Assembly (NCBI GenBank): GCA_033791445.1
Contig: JASJGS010000121.1
Span: 7,938-71,937, forward strand
Direction: 5' to 3'
From: Bacteroidales bacterium
Lineage (GTDB): Bacteria; Bacteroidota; Bacteroidia; Bacteroidales; VadinHA17
DNA: 64,000 bases
Shown piece by piece: positions 1 to 10,715 of the stretch. The notes under the pieces were generated by a model that saw nothing but the letters and a program-made list of their open reading frames with translations, ran no database searches and had not been told where the DNA came from. Position numbers and translations under genes: made by a program. Within the stretch, counting starts at the first letter, position 1. Every line of letters begins with the position of its first letter.

Positions 1-301
1 CAAGAATTCCATCCTCCTTGGTACGCAATTTTCCAATCTTCTTAAAAATATCGAGTATGAATTTCGCGGAAATAGAATTAAAGTATTCAAAATTGAAATT
101 AAACTCAAGTTGATCCTTATTGTCCAAATATTTATCCGTGGAAAGCTCCCTATCGAATGTATCAAACCATTCCAGGATTGGCATATATAATTCATTTACA
201 TTCTCTGGCCTTGATTCACCTGATATTTCAAACTTTCTGTTTTCAGGATCAAGAATCACCTTTGGTGAATTGGAGGTTTGTTCAATAATTAGCTTGTTCA
301 T
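1..301 (-). CDS. DUF1987 / SiaC-like regulatory phosphoprotein (3' end cut by window edge)
   Basis: Own minus-strand translation from ATG at 301 gives MNKLIIEQTSNSPKVILDPENRKFEISGESRPENVNELYMPILEWFDTF..., open to position 1. This matches the remembered N-terminal pattern of DUF1987 proteins. It lies directly upstream of the SiaB-like ORF. It is absent from the ORF track because it runs off the edge. Confidence 0.7.
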   Translation of the reverse strand, partial: MNKLIIEQTSNSPKVILDPENRKFEISGESRPENVNELYMPILEWFDTFDRELSTDKYLDNKDQLEFNFNFEYFNSISAKFILDIFKKIGKLRTKEDGIL

Positions 302-308
302 AATGATT

Positions 309-818
309 CTAATAAATTTCAACTTCTAATTCAAAAAAAGAATAATTTTCATCTAAGCGGGTAATCTTATATATAATTTTGCTACTTGCTTTTGAAGCAA
401 TAGTCACTAATCCCAGACCCGCTCCGTTTTTTTCCATAGTGAATTCCTTGTTGATTATATTCTCATATAATTTATTCAAGCCTTCTTTATTCAGCTTATT
501 CACTTTTTCAAGTCGGCATTTCAAATCATTTACATTCTGATTTAAAATTGGATTGCCCGCGCTAACAATAAAATTATTGCCCTGCTTTTTCAATGATATA
601 TGAGGAGAACCAGTTTGGCCAGGGATAGATTGAAGTTTATCAATTGAATACTTTTTAATATTCTCTGTACATTCCACTAAAATACTATAGATTCTTTTTT
701 GGAGGGATTTATTCAATATTTGAAATGCATGCGTATCTTTTAATTTCATTAATATCAATTCTATGGACTGAAATGTGACCCTGTCATTGAAAGTCAATAT
801 TGTTTCCATTTTCTCCAT
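309..818 (-). CDS. SiaB-like / histidine-kinase-like ATPase fold protein (DUF6272-type)
   Basis: 169-aa ORF with a G-box-like NGAGLGL motif near the C-terminus. Its size and its pairing with a DUF1987 gene fit the family. Confidence 0.5.
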   Translation of the reverse strand: MEKMETILTFNDRVTFQSIELILMKLKDTHAFQILNKSLQKRIYSILVECTENIKKYSIDKLQSIPGQTGSPHISLKKQGNNFIVSAGNPILNQNVNDLKCRLEKVNKLNKEGLNKLYENIINKEFTMEKNGAGLGLVTIASKASSKIIYKITRLDENYSFFELEVEIY

Positions 819-1015
819 AAATCGAATTGCACAAATAGTTTTTTCTATTTCTCAGGAAATGCAAATTGAGCCAACTTTTATTCTCAATCTATTTTTTTTA
901 GTTCTTTTTTAGTGTTAACTTTATTTGATTTGGCTTATGCGTAATTATGTATGCCAGAAAAAGTTCACTCTCTAAATGCTATCTATGATTAAGGAATGAA
1001 TCAATTAACCAGGTT

Positions 1016-4000
1016 ATGAGCGAACCTCTTTTAAATGCCTTAATGAAGCTATTTGCATTAATCATTGATATCAATGAAGATAGTAAAATCTCTATAAAGA
1101 AAAAAAAAATTATCCGCTCATTCCTTTCTTACCAGTTAAATTCTGAATTGGTCGAAAAGTATTTGAAAATATTTGATGAATACATTACTATATTTAATCA
1201 GGATAGTATTTTAGGTGATAGTATTCAGGCAAAGAAAAAAACCTCCTTGGCAGCCACAAGGATATTGGGGATTTGCGAAAAAATTAATGCAGAATTAGAA
1301 CAAAAACAGAAAATATTTTTAATCATTCAATTAATTGAATTTGTTTCCTATAAAAAGAAGGTCTCTGATCGGGAACTTGATTTCCTATTAACTGTTGCTA
1401 CCGCTTTTAATATTTCTAAAATTGAATATCAAAATATTCTAAACCTAATTATTCATCCAATTGAGGAAATCCCATCGAAACCAAATGTCCTTGTTATAAA
1501 TAGTAATAAACATAACAGTTATCAAAAAATCAAACATGTATACATTGAAAGATTTGATGGTGAACTTATATTTCTAAATATTCTCAGCACCAATACATTT
1601 ATTTTCAGATACCTGGGCGTTGAAGATGTTCAGTTAAACGGACAAAGCATTATCCCGGGACGGACATACATCTTCGACTACGGTTCCACTATCCGAAGTG
1701 CCAGGATTAAACCGATCTATTACAGTGATGTGATCAGGAAATTCTCAGAAGCCACATTTAAAGATAAAATTTCCATAACCGCTGATAAGGTGGAATTCAG
1801 GTTTAAGAATAGTGAAAATGGAGTTCAAGAATTGAACCTTCACGAAGAATCAGGAGAATTAATAGGAATTATTGGGGGAAGTGGCGTAGGAAAATCAACC
1901 CTGTTGAATGTATTAAATGGAAATTTGAAACCTAAAAAGGGGGAGGTTTTAATCAATGGATATGACCTGAATAATGATAAGGAAAAAAATAAACTGCAGG
2001 GAGTCATTGGATATGTGCCCCAGGAGGATTTACTAATTGAGGACCTCTCTGTATATAAAAATCTCTTTTTTAATGCCAAACTCTGTTTGAATCAGTTTGG
2101 AAAAGATAAAATTGAGAAGACTATAAATAAAACATTAGCAGATTTAGACCTGCAGGATATCAAAGATCTCAAGGTAGGTAATCCGCTAAATAAAGTTATT
2201 AGTGGTGGGCAGCGTAAAAGACTAAATATTGGTCTTGAGTTGATTCGGGAACCCTCTATTCTATTCGTAGACGAACCGACATCTGGATTATCATCTATTG
2301 ATTCAGAAATGGTACTAAATCTGCTTAAAGAACAGACGTATAAAGGGAAATTGGTGATTGTAAATATTCATCAACCCTCCTCCGATTTATACAAGATGTT
2401 TGATAAGATCATAATTTTGGACAAAGGGGGCTACCAGATATACAACGGGAATCCGGCTGAAGCACTGGTATATTTTAAATCCATCAGCAAATATGCGAAT
2501 GCAACCGAGGACCAATGCACAAAATGCGGGAATTCAAAACCCGAAGAAATTTTACAAATTGTTGAAGCAAAGATTGTTAATGAATATGGGAAATCAACAC
2601 GTTTCCGAAAAGTTTCGCCAAAAGAGTGGTTTGTTTTATTTCAAAAGCATCTAGAACAAAAAAGTCCCGAAGAATTAATAAAAGAAAAAATTCCAGAGAA
2701 TTATTATAGTATTCCGGGCTTAATTAAACAATCCGGATTATTCTTTGTAAGGGATTTACTATCAAAATTAGCCAACCGGCAATACATATTAATCAGCCTT
2801 TTAGAAGCGCCCCTGCTAGCCTTAATACTGGGGTATTTCACCAAATATATCCATGGGACGAGTGGGAATCCAAATGCTTATATATTTATGAACAATGAAA
2901 ACCTCCCTGCTTTTCTCTTCATTAGTGTTATCGTAGCATTGTTTCTAGGTTTAATTATTAGTTCTGATGAAATAATAAAAGACAGGAAAATTCTAAAAAG
3001 GGAATCATTTCTTAATCTTAGCCGATTTAGTTATTTAAATTCAAAGATCTTAATGTTGTTTATACTATCAGCCATTCAAACCATATCGTATGTGCTTATT
3101 GGCAATGCAATATTAGATATAAAGGGAATGACCATGAGTTATTGGTTAATTTTATTTACAACCTCCTGTTTCGCCAATATGCTGGGTTTAAATATCTCAT
3201 CAGGTTTTAATTCAATAATTATCATTTATATCCTGATTCCCTTCCTTCTAATACCCCAACTTTTATTTAGCGGTGTTATTGTAAAATTCGACAAACTACA
3301 TAAGAACCTCACATCCCAGGAATATGTTCCAATAATTGGCGATATGATGACGTCCAGGTGGGCCTATGAAGCTCTTGCTGTGGAGCAATTTAAAGGCAAT
3401 AGATTTGAAAAATATTTCTTCGATTTTGATAAAGAAATAAGCGATGCACGATATGTTCAGCTTTTAATCCAGCAACTTGAGATTAAGGTAAATGATACTG
3501 AAAGGCTTATCAAATTAGGGAATAACGCGGACCAAATTCTATACAATCTAAATTTAATAAGGAATGAAGTACATTCCTCACAAATACAATATCATTGGCC
3601 CTATTTTAGGCAGATTGACAAAATTTCAATTGAGGAATTTGACACTTTGGTGGCTGATGATATTTTATATTACTTGGAAAAATTAAAAAGAAAGTCCATC
3701 GATAAAGATAAGGAAATGAACAAGCTTAGAGATGAACTATACATTAATATAAAAGAATTAGTAGGAGGTGATTATGAAATTAGAAAGCTGAAAACTGAAT
3801 ATACTAACAATAAACTTTCCGAGCAATTAGAGAATTTTGGACCTGGGAAAAAAATAATTGAATTTGATGGCCATTTTATTAGAAAATTCCAACCAGTATA
3901 TATGAATCCGACATCCAAGACAGGTAAGGCCCAGTTTTATTCTCCTGTGAAAATAATAGGTAAAACCGCCTTCCCTACATTCTGGTTCAATTTGACAATT

Positions 4001-4093
4001 ATCTGGATTACTTCTCTTCTATTATACCTTTTCCTTTATTTTGATCTTTTAAGGAAATTGGTATCCTATTTTGAAAATATCAGGTCAAAATAA
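1016..4093 (+). CDS. Fused ABC transporter ATPase/ABC-2 permease with N-terminal regulatory (FHA-like) region and long C-terminal extension
   Basis: Walker A GGSGVGKST, signature SGGQRKRLNIG and Walker B ILFVDEPTSGLS are present. Multiple hydrophobic helices follow the ATPase domain. 1025 aa. Confidence 0.8.
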   Translation: MSEPLLNALMKLFALIIDINEDSKISIKKKKIIRSFLSYQLNSELVEKYLKIFDEYITIFNQDSILGDSIQAKKKTSLAATRILGICEKINAELEQKQKIFLIIQLIEFVSYKKKVSDRELDFLLTVATAFNISKIEYQNILNLIIHPIEEIPSKPNVLVINSNKHNSYQKIKHVYIERFDGELIFLNILSTNTFIFRYLGVEDVQLNGQSIIPGRTYIFDYGSTIRSARIKPIYYSDVIRKFSEATFKDKISITADKVEFRFKNSENGVQELNLHEESGELIGIIGGSGVGKSTLLNVLNGNLKPKKGEVLINGYDLNNDKEKNKLQGVIGYVPQEDLLIEDLSVYKNLFFNAKLCLNQFGKDKIEKTINKTLADLDLQDIKDLKVGNPLNKVISGGQRKRLNIGLELIREPSILFVDEPTSGLSSIDSEMVLNLLKEQTYKGKLVIVNIHQPSSDLYKMFDKIIILDKGGYQIYNGNPAEALVYFKSISKYANATEDQCTKCGNSKPEEILQIVEAKIVNEYGKSTRFRKVSPKEWFVLFQKHLEQKSPEELIKEKIPENYYSIPGLIKQSGLFFVRDLLSKLANRQYILISLLEAPLLALILGYFTKYIHGTSGNPNAYIFMNNENLPAFLFISVIVALFLGLIISSDEIIKDRKILKRESFLNLSRFSYLNSKILMLFILSAIQTISYVLIGNAILDIKGMTMSYWLILFTTSCFANMLGLNISSGFNSIIIIYILIPFLLIPQLLFSGVIVKFDKLHKNLTSQEYVPIIGDMMTSRWAYEALAVEQFKGNRFEKYFFDFDKEISDARYVQLLIQQLEIKVNDTERLIKLGNNADQILYNLNLIRNEVHSSQIQYHWPYFRQIDKISIEEFDTLVADDILYYLEKLKRKSIDKDKEMNKLRDELYINIKELVGGDYEIRKLKTEYTNNKLSEQLENFGPGKKIIEFDGHFIRKFQPVYMNPTSKTGKAQFYSPVKIIGKTAFPTFWFNLTIIWITSLLLYLFLYFDLLRKLVSYFENIRSK

Positions 4094-4121
4094 AAAACAT
4101 GTAGGCCCATTCATATATTCA

Positions 4122-5660
4122 CTATCCTGCCCAGCTCTCCCTATCCAGGCTGCGATATTGAATGGCTTCTGCTAAATGGTGATTTTGAATTTTCTCACTT
4201 TCTTCCAGATCTGCAATGGTCCGCGAGACTTTAAGGATCCTATCATAGGCCCTGGCAGACAAACCCAGCTTGTCCATTGCTATTTTTAAGAGTTCCGTTC
4301 CCTGTTTATCGATCTCGCAATATTTCCTCAGCATTTTCGATGACATTTGTGCATTGCAGAACAAGGATTTGTAATCACTAAACCTATTTACCTGGATTTG
4401 TCTGGCATCATTCACTCTCTTTCGAATGGCAGCACTGTTTTCTGATTGCCTCGAATCAGACAATTTTTCAAAGGGAACAGGTACCACCTCAATATGGATA
4501 TCAATACGATCGAGTAAAGGCCCGGAAATTTTATTCAGGTATTTTTGTACTATTCCTGGGGAGCAGACACAATCTTTTTCAGGATGATTGTAAAATCCAC
4601 AGGGACATGGATTCATAGAGGCAACAAGCATAAAGCTTGCTGGATATTCAACAGTAAATTTGGCTCTGGAAATGGAAATAACCCTGTCTTCAAGAGGTTG
4701 ACGTAACACCTCCAATACGGTACGTTTAAACTCGGGAAGTTCATCTAAAAATAAAACACCATTGTTGGCAAGGGAGATTTCTCCTGGTTGTGGCCAGGTA
4801 CCTCCTCCGACTAAAGCAACATCTGAGATTGTGTGGTGCGGAGAACGAAATGGTCTTTTTGTTATCAAGGAATTTTCTCTTTCAATTTTACCAGCCACAG
4901 AATGTATCTTAGTAGTTTCTAAAGCTTCTTCCAAATTCAAGGTAGGGATTATCGTTGATAATCGCTTGGCCAACATTGTCTTACCTGCACCTGGAGGGCC
5001 TATCATAATAACATTATGTCCTCCTGCTGCAGCAATTTCCAGGGCACGATTTACATTTTCCTGGCCTTTTACATCTTCAAAATCAAACAAATAATTATCT
5101 GCCTGTGTTTCAAAAATCTCCTGTACATTAACCCGGGTTTGTTCAATGGAAGTTTTTCCATTCAAAAAGTCGACCACCTCACGGATGTTATTTGCTCCCA
5201 ACACCTCCAATCCGTTTACAACGGCTGCCTCTCTGGCATTTTTCTCTGGTAAGATTATCCCTTTGAAACCTTCCTCTTTCGCTTGAAGAGCAATGGGCAA
5301 AACACCCTTAATCGGTTGCAATCCTCCATCAAGCGACAATTCACCCATAATGATATATTCATTTAGCAAATCAGATTTTACCTGCTCTGATGCAGCCAAT
5401 ATACCAATAGCCAGGGTTAAATCATACGCTGATCCTTCCTTACGAATATCAGCCGGAGCCATATTGATAACAATCTGTTTTCCGGGCCATTTTAAATCCT
5501 GGCTGCCAAATGCAGAGACCATCCGGTGTTGGCTTTCCCTGACTGCATTATCAGGCAGTCCAACCAGGAGAAATCGAATACCTCTGGAAACATTTACTTC
5601 AACAGTAACAGTTGATGCATTGATTCCAAAAACAGCACTTCCAAATGTTTTAACGAGCAT
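4122..5660 (-). CDS. YifB/ComM family Mg-chelatase-like AAA+ ATPase
   Basis: 512 aa with Walker [18 protein letters not shown], and a CPCG zinc-like motif. The N-terminal region is Lon-protease-like. Confidence 0.85.
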   Translation of the reverse strand: MLVKTFGSAVFGINASTVTVEVNVSRGIRFLLVGLPDNAVRESQHRMVSAFGSQDLKWPGKQIVINMAPADIRKEGSAYDLTLAIGILAASEQVKSDLLNEYIIMGELSLDGGLQPIKGVLPIALQAKEEGFKGIILPEKNAREAAVVNGLEVLGANNIREVVDFLNGKTSIEQTRVNVQEIFETQADNYLFDFEDVKGQENVNRALEIAAAGGHNVIMIGPPGAGKTMLAKRLSTIIPTLNLEEALETTKIHSVAGKIERENSLITKRPFRSPHHTISDVALVGGGTWPQPGEISLANNGVLFLDELPEFKRTVLEVLRQPLEDRVISISRAKFTVEYPASFMLVASMNPCPCGFYNHPEKDCVCSPGIVQKYLNKISGPLLDRIDIHIEVVPVPFEKLSDSRQSENSAAIRKRVNDARQIQVNRFSDYKSLFCNAQMSSKMLRKYCEIDKQGTELLKIAMDKLGLSARAYDRILKVSRTIADLEESEKIQNHHLAEAIQYRSLDRESWAG

Positions 5661-5787
5661 GAAACTGATATAAAAAGTAAAGTAATTATTGATTATAATT
5701 TACGATGATCAATTCTAAAAGTTTTAAAATTTTGCAATTCTTATTTCTTATTATCTTTATTGTTCCATTGTAAAATGTTTTTTGCAG

Positions 5788-6600
5788 ATGAAAAAAGCCC
5801 AGTTAAAAGAAAAAATCTATAGAATAATTTTTGGTGCAGATACAAAGGCAGGGAAAGATTTCGACATTTTTTTACTCTTTCTAATTATCTTTAGTATAAT
5901 AGCGGTGATACTGGATAGTATTCCGGAAATTCACCTAAAATATGGCAAAGCCCTGTATATTACTGAATGGGTGATTACATTCTTTTTTACGGTAGAGTAT
6001 ATTCTCAGGATCTGGGTGGTAAAGCACCCAGCAAAATATATTTTTAGCTTTTACGGGATAATTGACTTGTTGGCCATCTTGCCTAGTTTTTTAGGCCTTT
6101 TCCTATCCGGGGCACATGGACTTATCATTATCAGAGCCTTGCGTCTGCTCAGGATATTTAGATTATTTAAATTAACCCGATATACAAGTGAAGCCAATTC
6201 ATTAATTCTGGCATTAAAAGCAAGCTGGACCAAAATAAGTGTCTTCTTATTTGCTGTAATGACTATTGTGATTGTAATAGGCACCCTGATGTACTTAATA
6301 GAAGGAGAAGAACATGGTTTTACCAGTATACCCAGAGGCATTTACTGGGCTATTGTAACTCTTACTACGGTTGGATATGGGGATATTGCCCCTCAAACCA
6401 ACTTTGGTCAGTTTGTAGCCAGTTTTGTAATGATTATCGGTTATGGAATCATTGCAGTACCCACCGGTATTGTGACTTCGGAGCTGGCAAAAGCTAAAAA
6501 ACGAACTGTTGTACTAAAACCCTGTCCAAATTGTTTGAAAGAGGAACATGATTCGGATGCTGAATATTGCAAGCACTGTGGAGAAACCTTGAAGACTTAA
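5788..6600 (+). CDS. Voltage-gated-type K+ channel (ion transport protein) with C-terminal zinc-ribbon
   Basis: Selectivity filter TTVGYGD. S4-like RALRLLRIFRLFKLTR segment. C-terminal CPNC...CKHC. The ATG at 5788 is preferred over the TTG at 5782. Confidence 0.8.
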   Translation: MKKAQLKEKIYRIIFGADTKAGKDFDIFLLFLIIFSIIAVILDSIPEIHLKYGKALYITEWVITFFFTVEYILRIWVVKHPAKYIFSFYGIIDLLAILPSFLGLFLSGAHGLIIIRALRLLRIFRLFKLTRYTSEANSLILALKASWTKISVFLFAVMTIVIVIGTLMYLIEGEEHGFTSIPRGIYWAIVTLTTVGYGDIAPQTNFGQFVASFVMIIGYGIIAVPTGIVTSELAKAKKRTVVLKPCPNCLKEEHDSDAEYCKHCGETLKT

Positions 6601-6659
6601 TATATGCTGTATTTTAAATAGCGTCAGTCCACCATAAAAGAATTATTAATATTATTCGG

Positions 6660-6667
6660 TAACTTTG
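6660..6667 (+). promoter_or_regulatory. Bacteroidota -7 promoter box TAACTTTG
   Basis: Exact TAnnTTTG match 19 nt upstream of the ATG at 6686. Confidence 0.5.
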
Positions 6668-6685
6668 CCCTATATTCATTGTATC

Positions 6686-6970
6686 ATGTCACATTTACCA
6701 TCATTTTTTAAGACTGGAGAGCCCAAGCGGTTCAATTTTACTCCAAGATATTACGACGAACAAAAAGAAGATCTGGACCAAAGGATCAGACAAATTGAAT
6801 CTGACATGGGTATAGAACATGGGGAAGCCTATGTGCCTCAAATTAGGAAAGGGCAAATGGGAAATTATATGAGGAAAAAAAGAAGGGTCCAGAATAAACG
6901 AGCTAATATCAGATTGGTGGTAATAATTCTTTTGCTATTGGTAGCAGCCTGGTTCTTTTTTTACAGATAA
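6686..6970 (+). CDS. Small membrane-anchored hypothetical protein
   Basis: ORF with a single C-terminal TM segment (LVVIILLLLVAAWFFF). I moved the start to ATG 6686 because the TTG at 6665 overlaps the -7 box. Confidence 0.5.
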   Translation: MSHLPSFFKTGEPKRFNFTPRYYDEQKEDLDQRIRQIESDMGIEHGEAYVPQIRKGQMGNYMRKKRRVQNKRANIRLVVIILLLLVAAWFFFYR

Positions 6971-7054
6971 TACAATTTTGGTATAACATATTCAACACCA
7001 AAGAATTACTTAATATATTATTTCACCTGAAATTTCAACTTCAATAAAGTTTTT

Positions 7055-8884
7055 ATGGCCGACATTATCCGTTTATTACCCGATTCAGTTGCAAATCAGA
7101 TTGCTGCCGGAGAGGTAATTCAACGTCCTGCCTCACTCCTGAAGGAGCTTGTTGAAAATTCAGTTGATTCTGGTAGCACAGACATCCGGATTATTATTAA
7201 AGATGCTGGAAAATCAATGATACAGGTTATTGACAATGGATGTGGCATGTCAGATACCGATGCCCGGATGGCATTTGAAAGACATGCTACTTCAAAAATT
7301 AAAAAAGCCGATGATCTGTTTTCAATTCGCACAATGGGTTTCAGGGGAGAGGCACTGGCCTCTATTGCTGCTGTAGCCCAAGTAGATGTGCGAACCAGGA
7401 GAAAAGAAGATGATCTGGGAACACGATTAAGGATTAATGGTTCAAAAGTTGAAAGCCAGGAGCCTGATTCCTGCCCGGCTGGAACAAATATTGCTGTCAA
7501 AAACTTATTTTTTAATATTCCGGCCCGACGAAGATTCTTAAAAACAAATACAACAGAACTACGCCATCTGATTATTGAATTCCAAAGAATTGTATTGACT
7601 TTACCCCAGGTTTCATTTTCACTCTATCATAACGATTCCGAAATCTATAACCTGCCTGTTGTAAATTCATTACCGCAAAGGATTTCAGGGATTTATGGAA
7701 AAGGTATTGTGCCAAATCTAATACCTGTAAAAACTGAAACCACCATTGTGAAGATCACAGGTTACATTGGAAAACCAGAGTTTGCAAGAAAAACTTATGG
7801 GGAACAATTTTTTTTTGTGAACAATCGCTATATGCGGCATCCGTATTTTCACAAAGCAATAACCGAAGCCTATGAAGAAATACTTCCTCCGGAAACCATT
7901 CCTTCTTATTTTATTTATTTTGAGATTGATCCAGCTAATATTGATATAAATATCCATCCCACCAAGGCTGAAATTAAATTTGAAGATGAAAGGTCGGTTT
8001 GGCAAATTTTACATGCCAGCATAAGAGAGGCTCTTGGGAAATTTAATATTGTACCATCACTTGATTTTAATACTGAGGGGGCCATAGATATACCGGTTTT
8101 GAGAAAAGACACAACTGCTAATACGCCTGAAATAGAGCTAAACAACGAGTATAACCCATTTGAAGAATCATCATCAAATGCATTCCCAAAAGAGCAATAT
8201 TCTGACAGGCAGAATCTGAAAAACTGGGAGTTGCTTTACCATGATATGGAATCCTCTAAATCAGAGAGCTCATCTCCCGGTGAAGAGGAAGGCCCTCAAG
8301 GATCTCTTTCTCTGGATAAAACATACCGCAAGTTATTTCAGTTTAAAAATAAGTACATTCTTACATCAGTTAAGTCAGGTTTAATGGTCATTGACCAGAA
8401 AAGGGCTCATGAAAGAATTTTATACGAGGATTATATAAAATTGCAGCTTTCAGAGGGAGGCATTACGCAGCAAAGATTATTTTCTCCCACTATTCAACTT
8501 GATCAGGCTGATTATATATTGCTTACTGAAATACTTGATGACTTGAATCTTTTGGGTTTTGACATCCTGGATAAGGGAAATGGAGTAATTGAAATTAATG
8601 CTTTCCCAGCTAGCACGAAAATAAAGGAGCCTCAGGAAATGGTTGATTCCATCCTGCAAACATATAAGGACACTCAAACTGATATTAAAAAATCCCAATC
8701 TGAGAAATTAACCATCTCCCTGGCAATGGCCTCGGCTATTCCCTACGGGAAAGAGCTCACTCCAGATGAGATGAGGAACCTTGTAGACCGTCTCTTTGCC
8801 TGTACTTCCCCCAACTATTCTCCATCAGGTAAAATTATTCTTACAATAATTGAAATGGATGAGTTTGAGCAAAAACTTAAGTAA
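7055..8884 (+). CDS. mutL: DNA mismatch repair protein MutL
   Basis: N-terminal GHKL motifs are present (IAAGEVIQRPASLLKELVENSVD, DNGCGM, GFRGEAL). 609 aa. Confidence 0.95.
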   Translation: MADIIRLLPDSVANQIAAGEVIQRPASLLKELVENSVDSGSTDIRIIIKDAGKSMIQVIDNGCGMSDTDARMAFERHATSKIKKADDLFSIRTMGFRGEALASIAAVAQVDVRTRRKEDDLGTRLRINGSKVESQEPDSCPAGTNIAVKNLFFNIPARRRFLKTNTTELRHLIIEFQRIVLTLPQVSFSLYHNDSEIYNLPVVNSLPQRISGIYGKGIVPNLIPVKTETTIVKITGYIGKPEFARKTYGEQFFFVNNRYMRHPYFHKAITEAYEEILPPETIPSYFIYFEIDPANIDINIHPTKAEIKFEDERSVWQILHASIREALGKFNIVPSLDFNTEGAIDIPVLRKDTTANTPEIELNNEYNPFEESSSNAFPKEQYSDRQNLKNWELLYHDMESSKSESSSPGEEEGPQGSLSLDKTYRKLFQFKNKYILTSVKSGLMVIDQKRAHERILYEDYIKLQLSEGGITQQRLFSPTIQLDQADYILLTEILDDLNLLGFDILDKGNGVIEINAFPASTKIKEPQEMVDSILQTYKDTQTDIKKSQSEKLTISLAMASAIPYGKELTPDEMRNLVDRLFACTSPNYSPSGKIILTIIEMDEFEQKLK

Positions 8885-9029
8885 GTAAACCTATGCCATT
8901 TTGTCCTGATTATAGTTTTTTAGCATAATATTATTAGTTTGGCGCAAGTATTGTGTTATTTTGTATTGACTTATATTTAGTAAATCTGCCTCTTTACGGT
9001 AGTGCATTTTCTAACTAATATCTTTTTAA

Positions 9030-9773
9030 GTGAATAATTTCGTTTCAACATTCAAAAGTACTCCTCCGGTTGTTAAAAATCTGATTATTTTAAATGTTCT
9101 ATTATACCTTGCAACTTTTGTCCTAGGTCGTACATTTGGAATCGACCTGACTCAAAAGCTTGCCTTGTATTATCCGGCTTCAGAACTGTTCAAACCATAC
9201 CAGTTTATTAGCCATATGTTTATGCATGGTAGTACATGGCATCTCTTATTTAATATGTATGCCCTGTGGATGTTCGGTAGGATGCTTGAAACCACATGGG
9301 GAAGTAAACGTTTTTTTATCTATTATTTCTTTACGGGCCTTGGAGCAGCTGCCTTGCATACATTTGTACAATGGATTGAGGTAAGCTCCCTAAAATCTCA
9401 ATTAACACCAGAGCAAATTCAAATGGTATATCAGCAGGGGTATGAAGCTTTAAGCCAGGGCAGGAACTTTGTTGATCCAATAATGGGTAAATTAAATTAT
9501 ATTTTCAATATCCCAACCATTGGTGCTTCAGGTGCTGTATTTGGCGTATTATTGGGATTTGGAATGCTATTTCCAAATACACAACTGATGCTGCTTTTCC
9601 CTCCTATTCCTATTAAAGCAAAATATTTTGTAATTATTTACGGTATTCTTGAATTAGTCCTTGCTTTTACACAACCAGGCAGTAATATTGCTCATTTTGC
9701 CCATTTGGGTGGTATGATTTTTGGTTTTATCCTAATTAAATTCTGGCAAAAAGACAGGAAAAACTTTTATTAG
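9030..9773 (+). CDS. Rhomboid family intramembrane serine protease
   Basis: GASGAVFG catalytic Ser motif and HLGGMIFG His motif. GTG start. Confidence 0.85.
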   Translation: MNNFVSTFKSTPPVVKNLIILNVLLYLATFVLGRTFGIDLTQKLALYYPASELFKPYQFISHMFMHGSTWHLLFNMYALWMFGRMLETTWGSKRFFIYYFFTGLGAAALHTFVQWIEVSSLKSQLTPEQIQMVYQQGYEALSQGRNFVDPIMGKLNYIFNIPTIGASGAVFGVLLGFGMLFPNTQLMLLFPPIPIKAKYFVIIYGILELVLAFTQPGSNIAHFAHLGGMIFGFILIKFWQKDRKNFY

Positions 9774-9776
9774 AAA

Positions 9777-10667
9777 ATGAATTTAGTTGAAGAAATAAAA
9801 GCATCATTTAAAAAGGGGAGTTCGCTCACAAAGCTCATATACATAAACCTTGGAGTATTTTTAGGTATAAAAATCCTGGAGGTTTTATTATTCCTGCTAA
9901 ACCTGACCTCAACGAATTTTATTCTGATAAGCTGGTTGGCAGTACCTGCTTATCTTCCTGATCTGGCCACACATTTCTGGACCCCCATTACCTATATGTT
10001 TCTTCATGAAGGATTTATTCATGTATTATTTAACATGTTATGGTTGTATTGGTTTGGAACCATTTTTCTTGAATATTTTGATCAGAAAAAACTAGTTACT
10101 GTTTACCTGTTGGGTGGGCTTGCAGGAGCTTTTTTATATATAGTATCGTTTAATGTGTTTCCTGTATTCGCCGACGTATTACCCCGGTCAATAGCATTGG
10201 GAGCCTCAGCTTCTGTTATGGCCATAGTTATTGGTGTTGCAGCGTATGTACCCAACTATGTGGCTAGATTAATCCTCATTGGACCTGTTAAGATTAAATA
10301 CATTGCTATTGCGGCATTGGTATTCACTTCAATACTCGATTTTTCAACAAATACAGGTGGTAAGATTGCTCATCTTGGAGGGGCTGCTTTTGGGTTTCTT
10401 TATGTGACACAATATAAAAAAGGGAAAGACATCGGAAAATGGTTTGATCAAATTATGGACAGCATCTTCAGCTTTTTCAAGCCAAGGAAGAAAATGAAAG
10501 TAAGCTATAAAAAACCTCCAAAAGATGATAAAGAGTACAATAAGCATAAAGCCCATCAGCAGGAGGATGTGAATAGAATTTTAGACAAAATCTCTAAAGC
10601 TGGGTATGATAGCCTCAGTAAGAAAGAAAAAGAAATTCTTTTTAAGATGAGTGATAAAAACAAATGA
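9777..10667 (+). CDS. Rhomboid family protein with charged C-terminal tail domain
   Basis: GASASVMA and HLGGAAFG motifs, with 6-7 TM segments. The start lies 4 nt after the previous stop. Confidence 0.8.
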   Translation: MNLVEEIKASFKKGSSLTKLIYINLGVFLGIKILEVLLFLLNLTSTNFILISWLAVPAYLPDLATHFWTPITYMFLHEGFIHVLFNMLWLYWFGTIFLEYFDQKKLVTVYLLGGLAGAFLYIVSFNVFPVFADVLPRSIALGASASVMAIVIGVAAYVPNYVARLILIGPVKIKYIAIAALVFTSILDFSTNTGGKIAHLGGAAFGFLYVTQYKKGKDIGKWFDQIMDSIFSFFKPRKKMKVSYKKPPKDDKEYNKHKAHQQEDVNRILDKISKAGYDSLSKKEKEILFKMSDKNK

Positions 10668-10715
10668 TGATAATTCACGTAAGATCTAGTTAAGTATATT
10701 TTACAAACCTTTCAT

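Noticed and set aside
120-329. 69-aa plus-strand ORF at the window start
   Set aside because: It is antisense to the DUF1987 coding sequence, which has a convincing family-like translation.
4762-5673. Three plus-strand ORFs (110, 78 and 126 aa) within the YifB/ComM locus
   Set aside because: All are antisense to a 512-aa ORF with clear AAA+ motifs.
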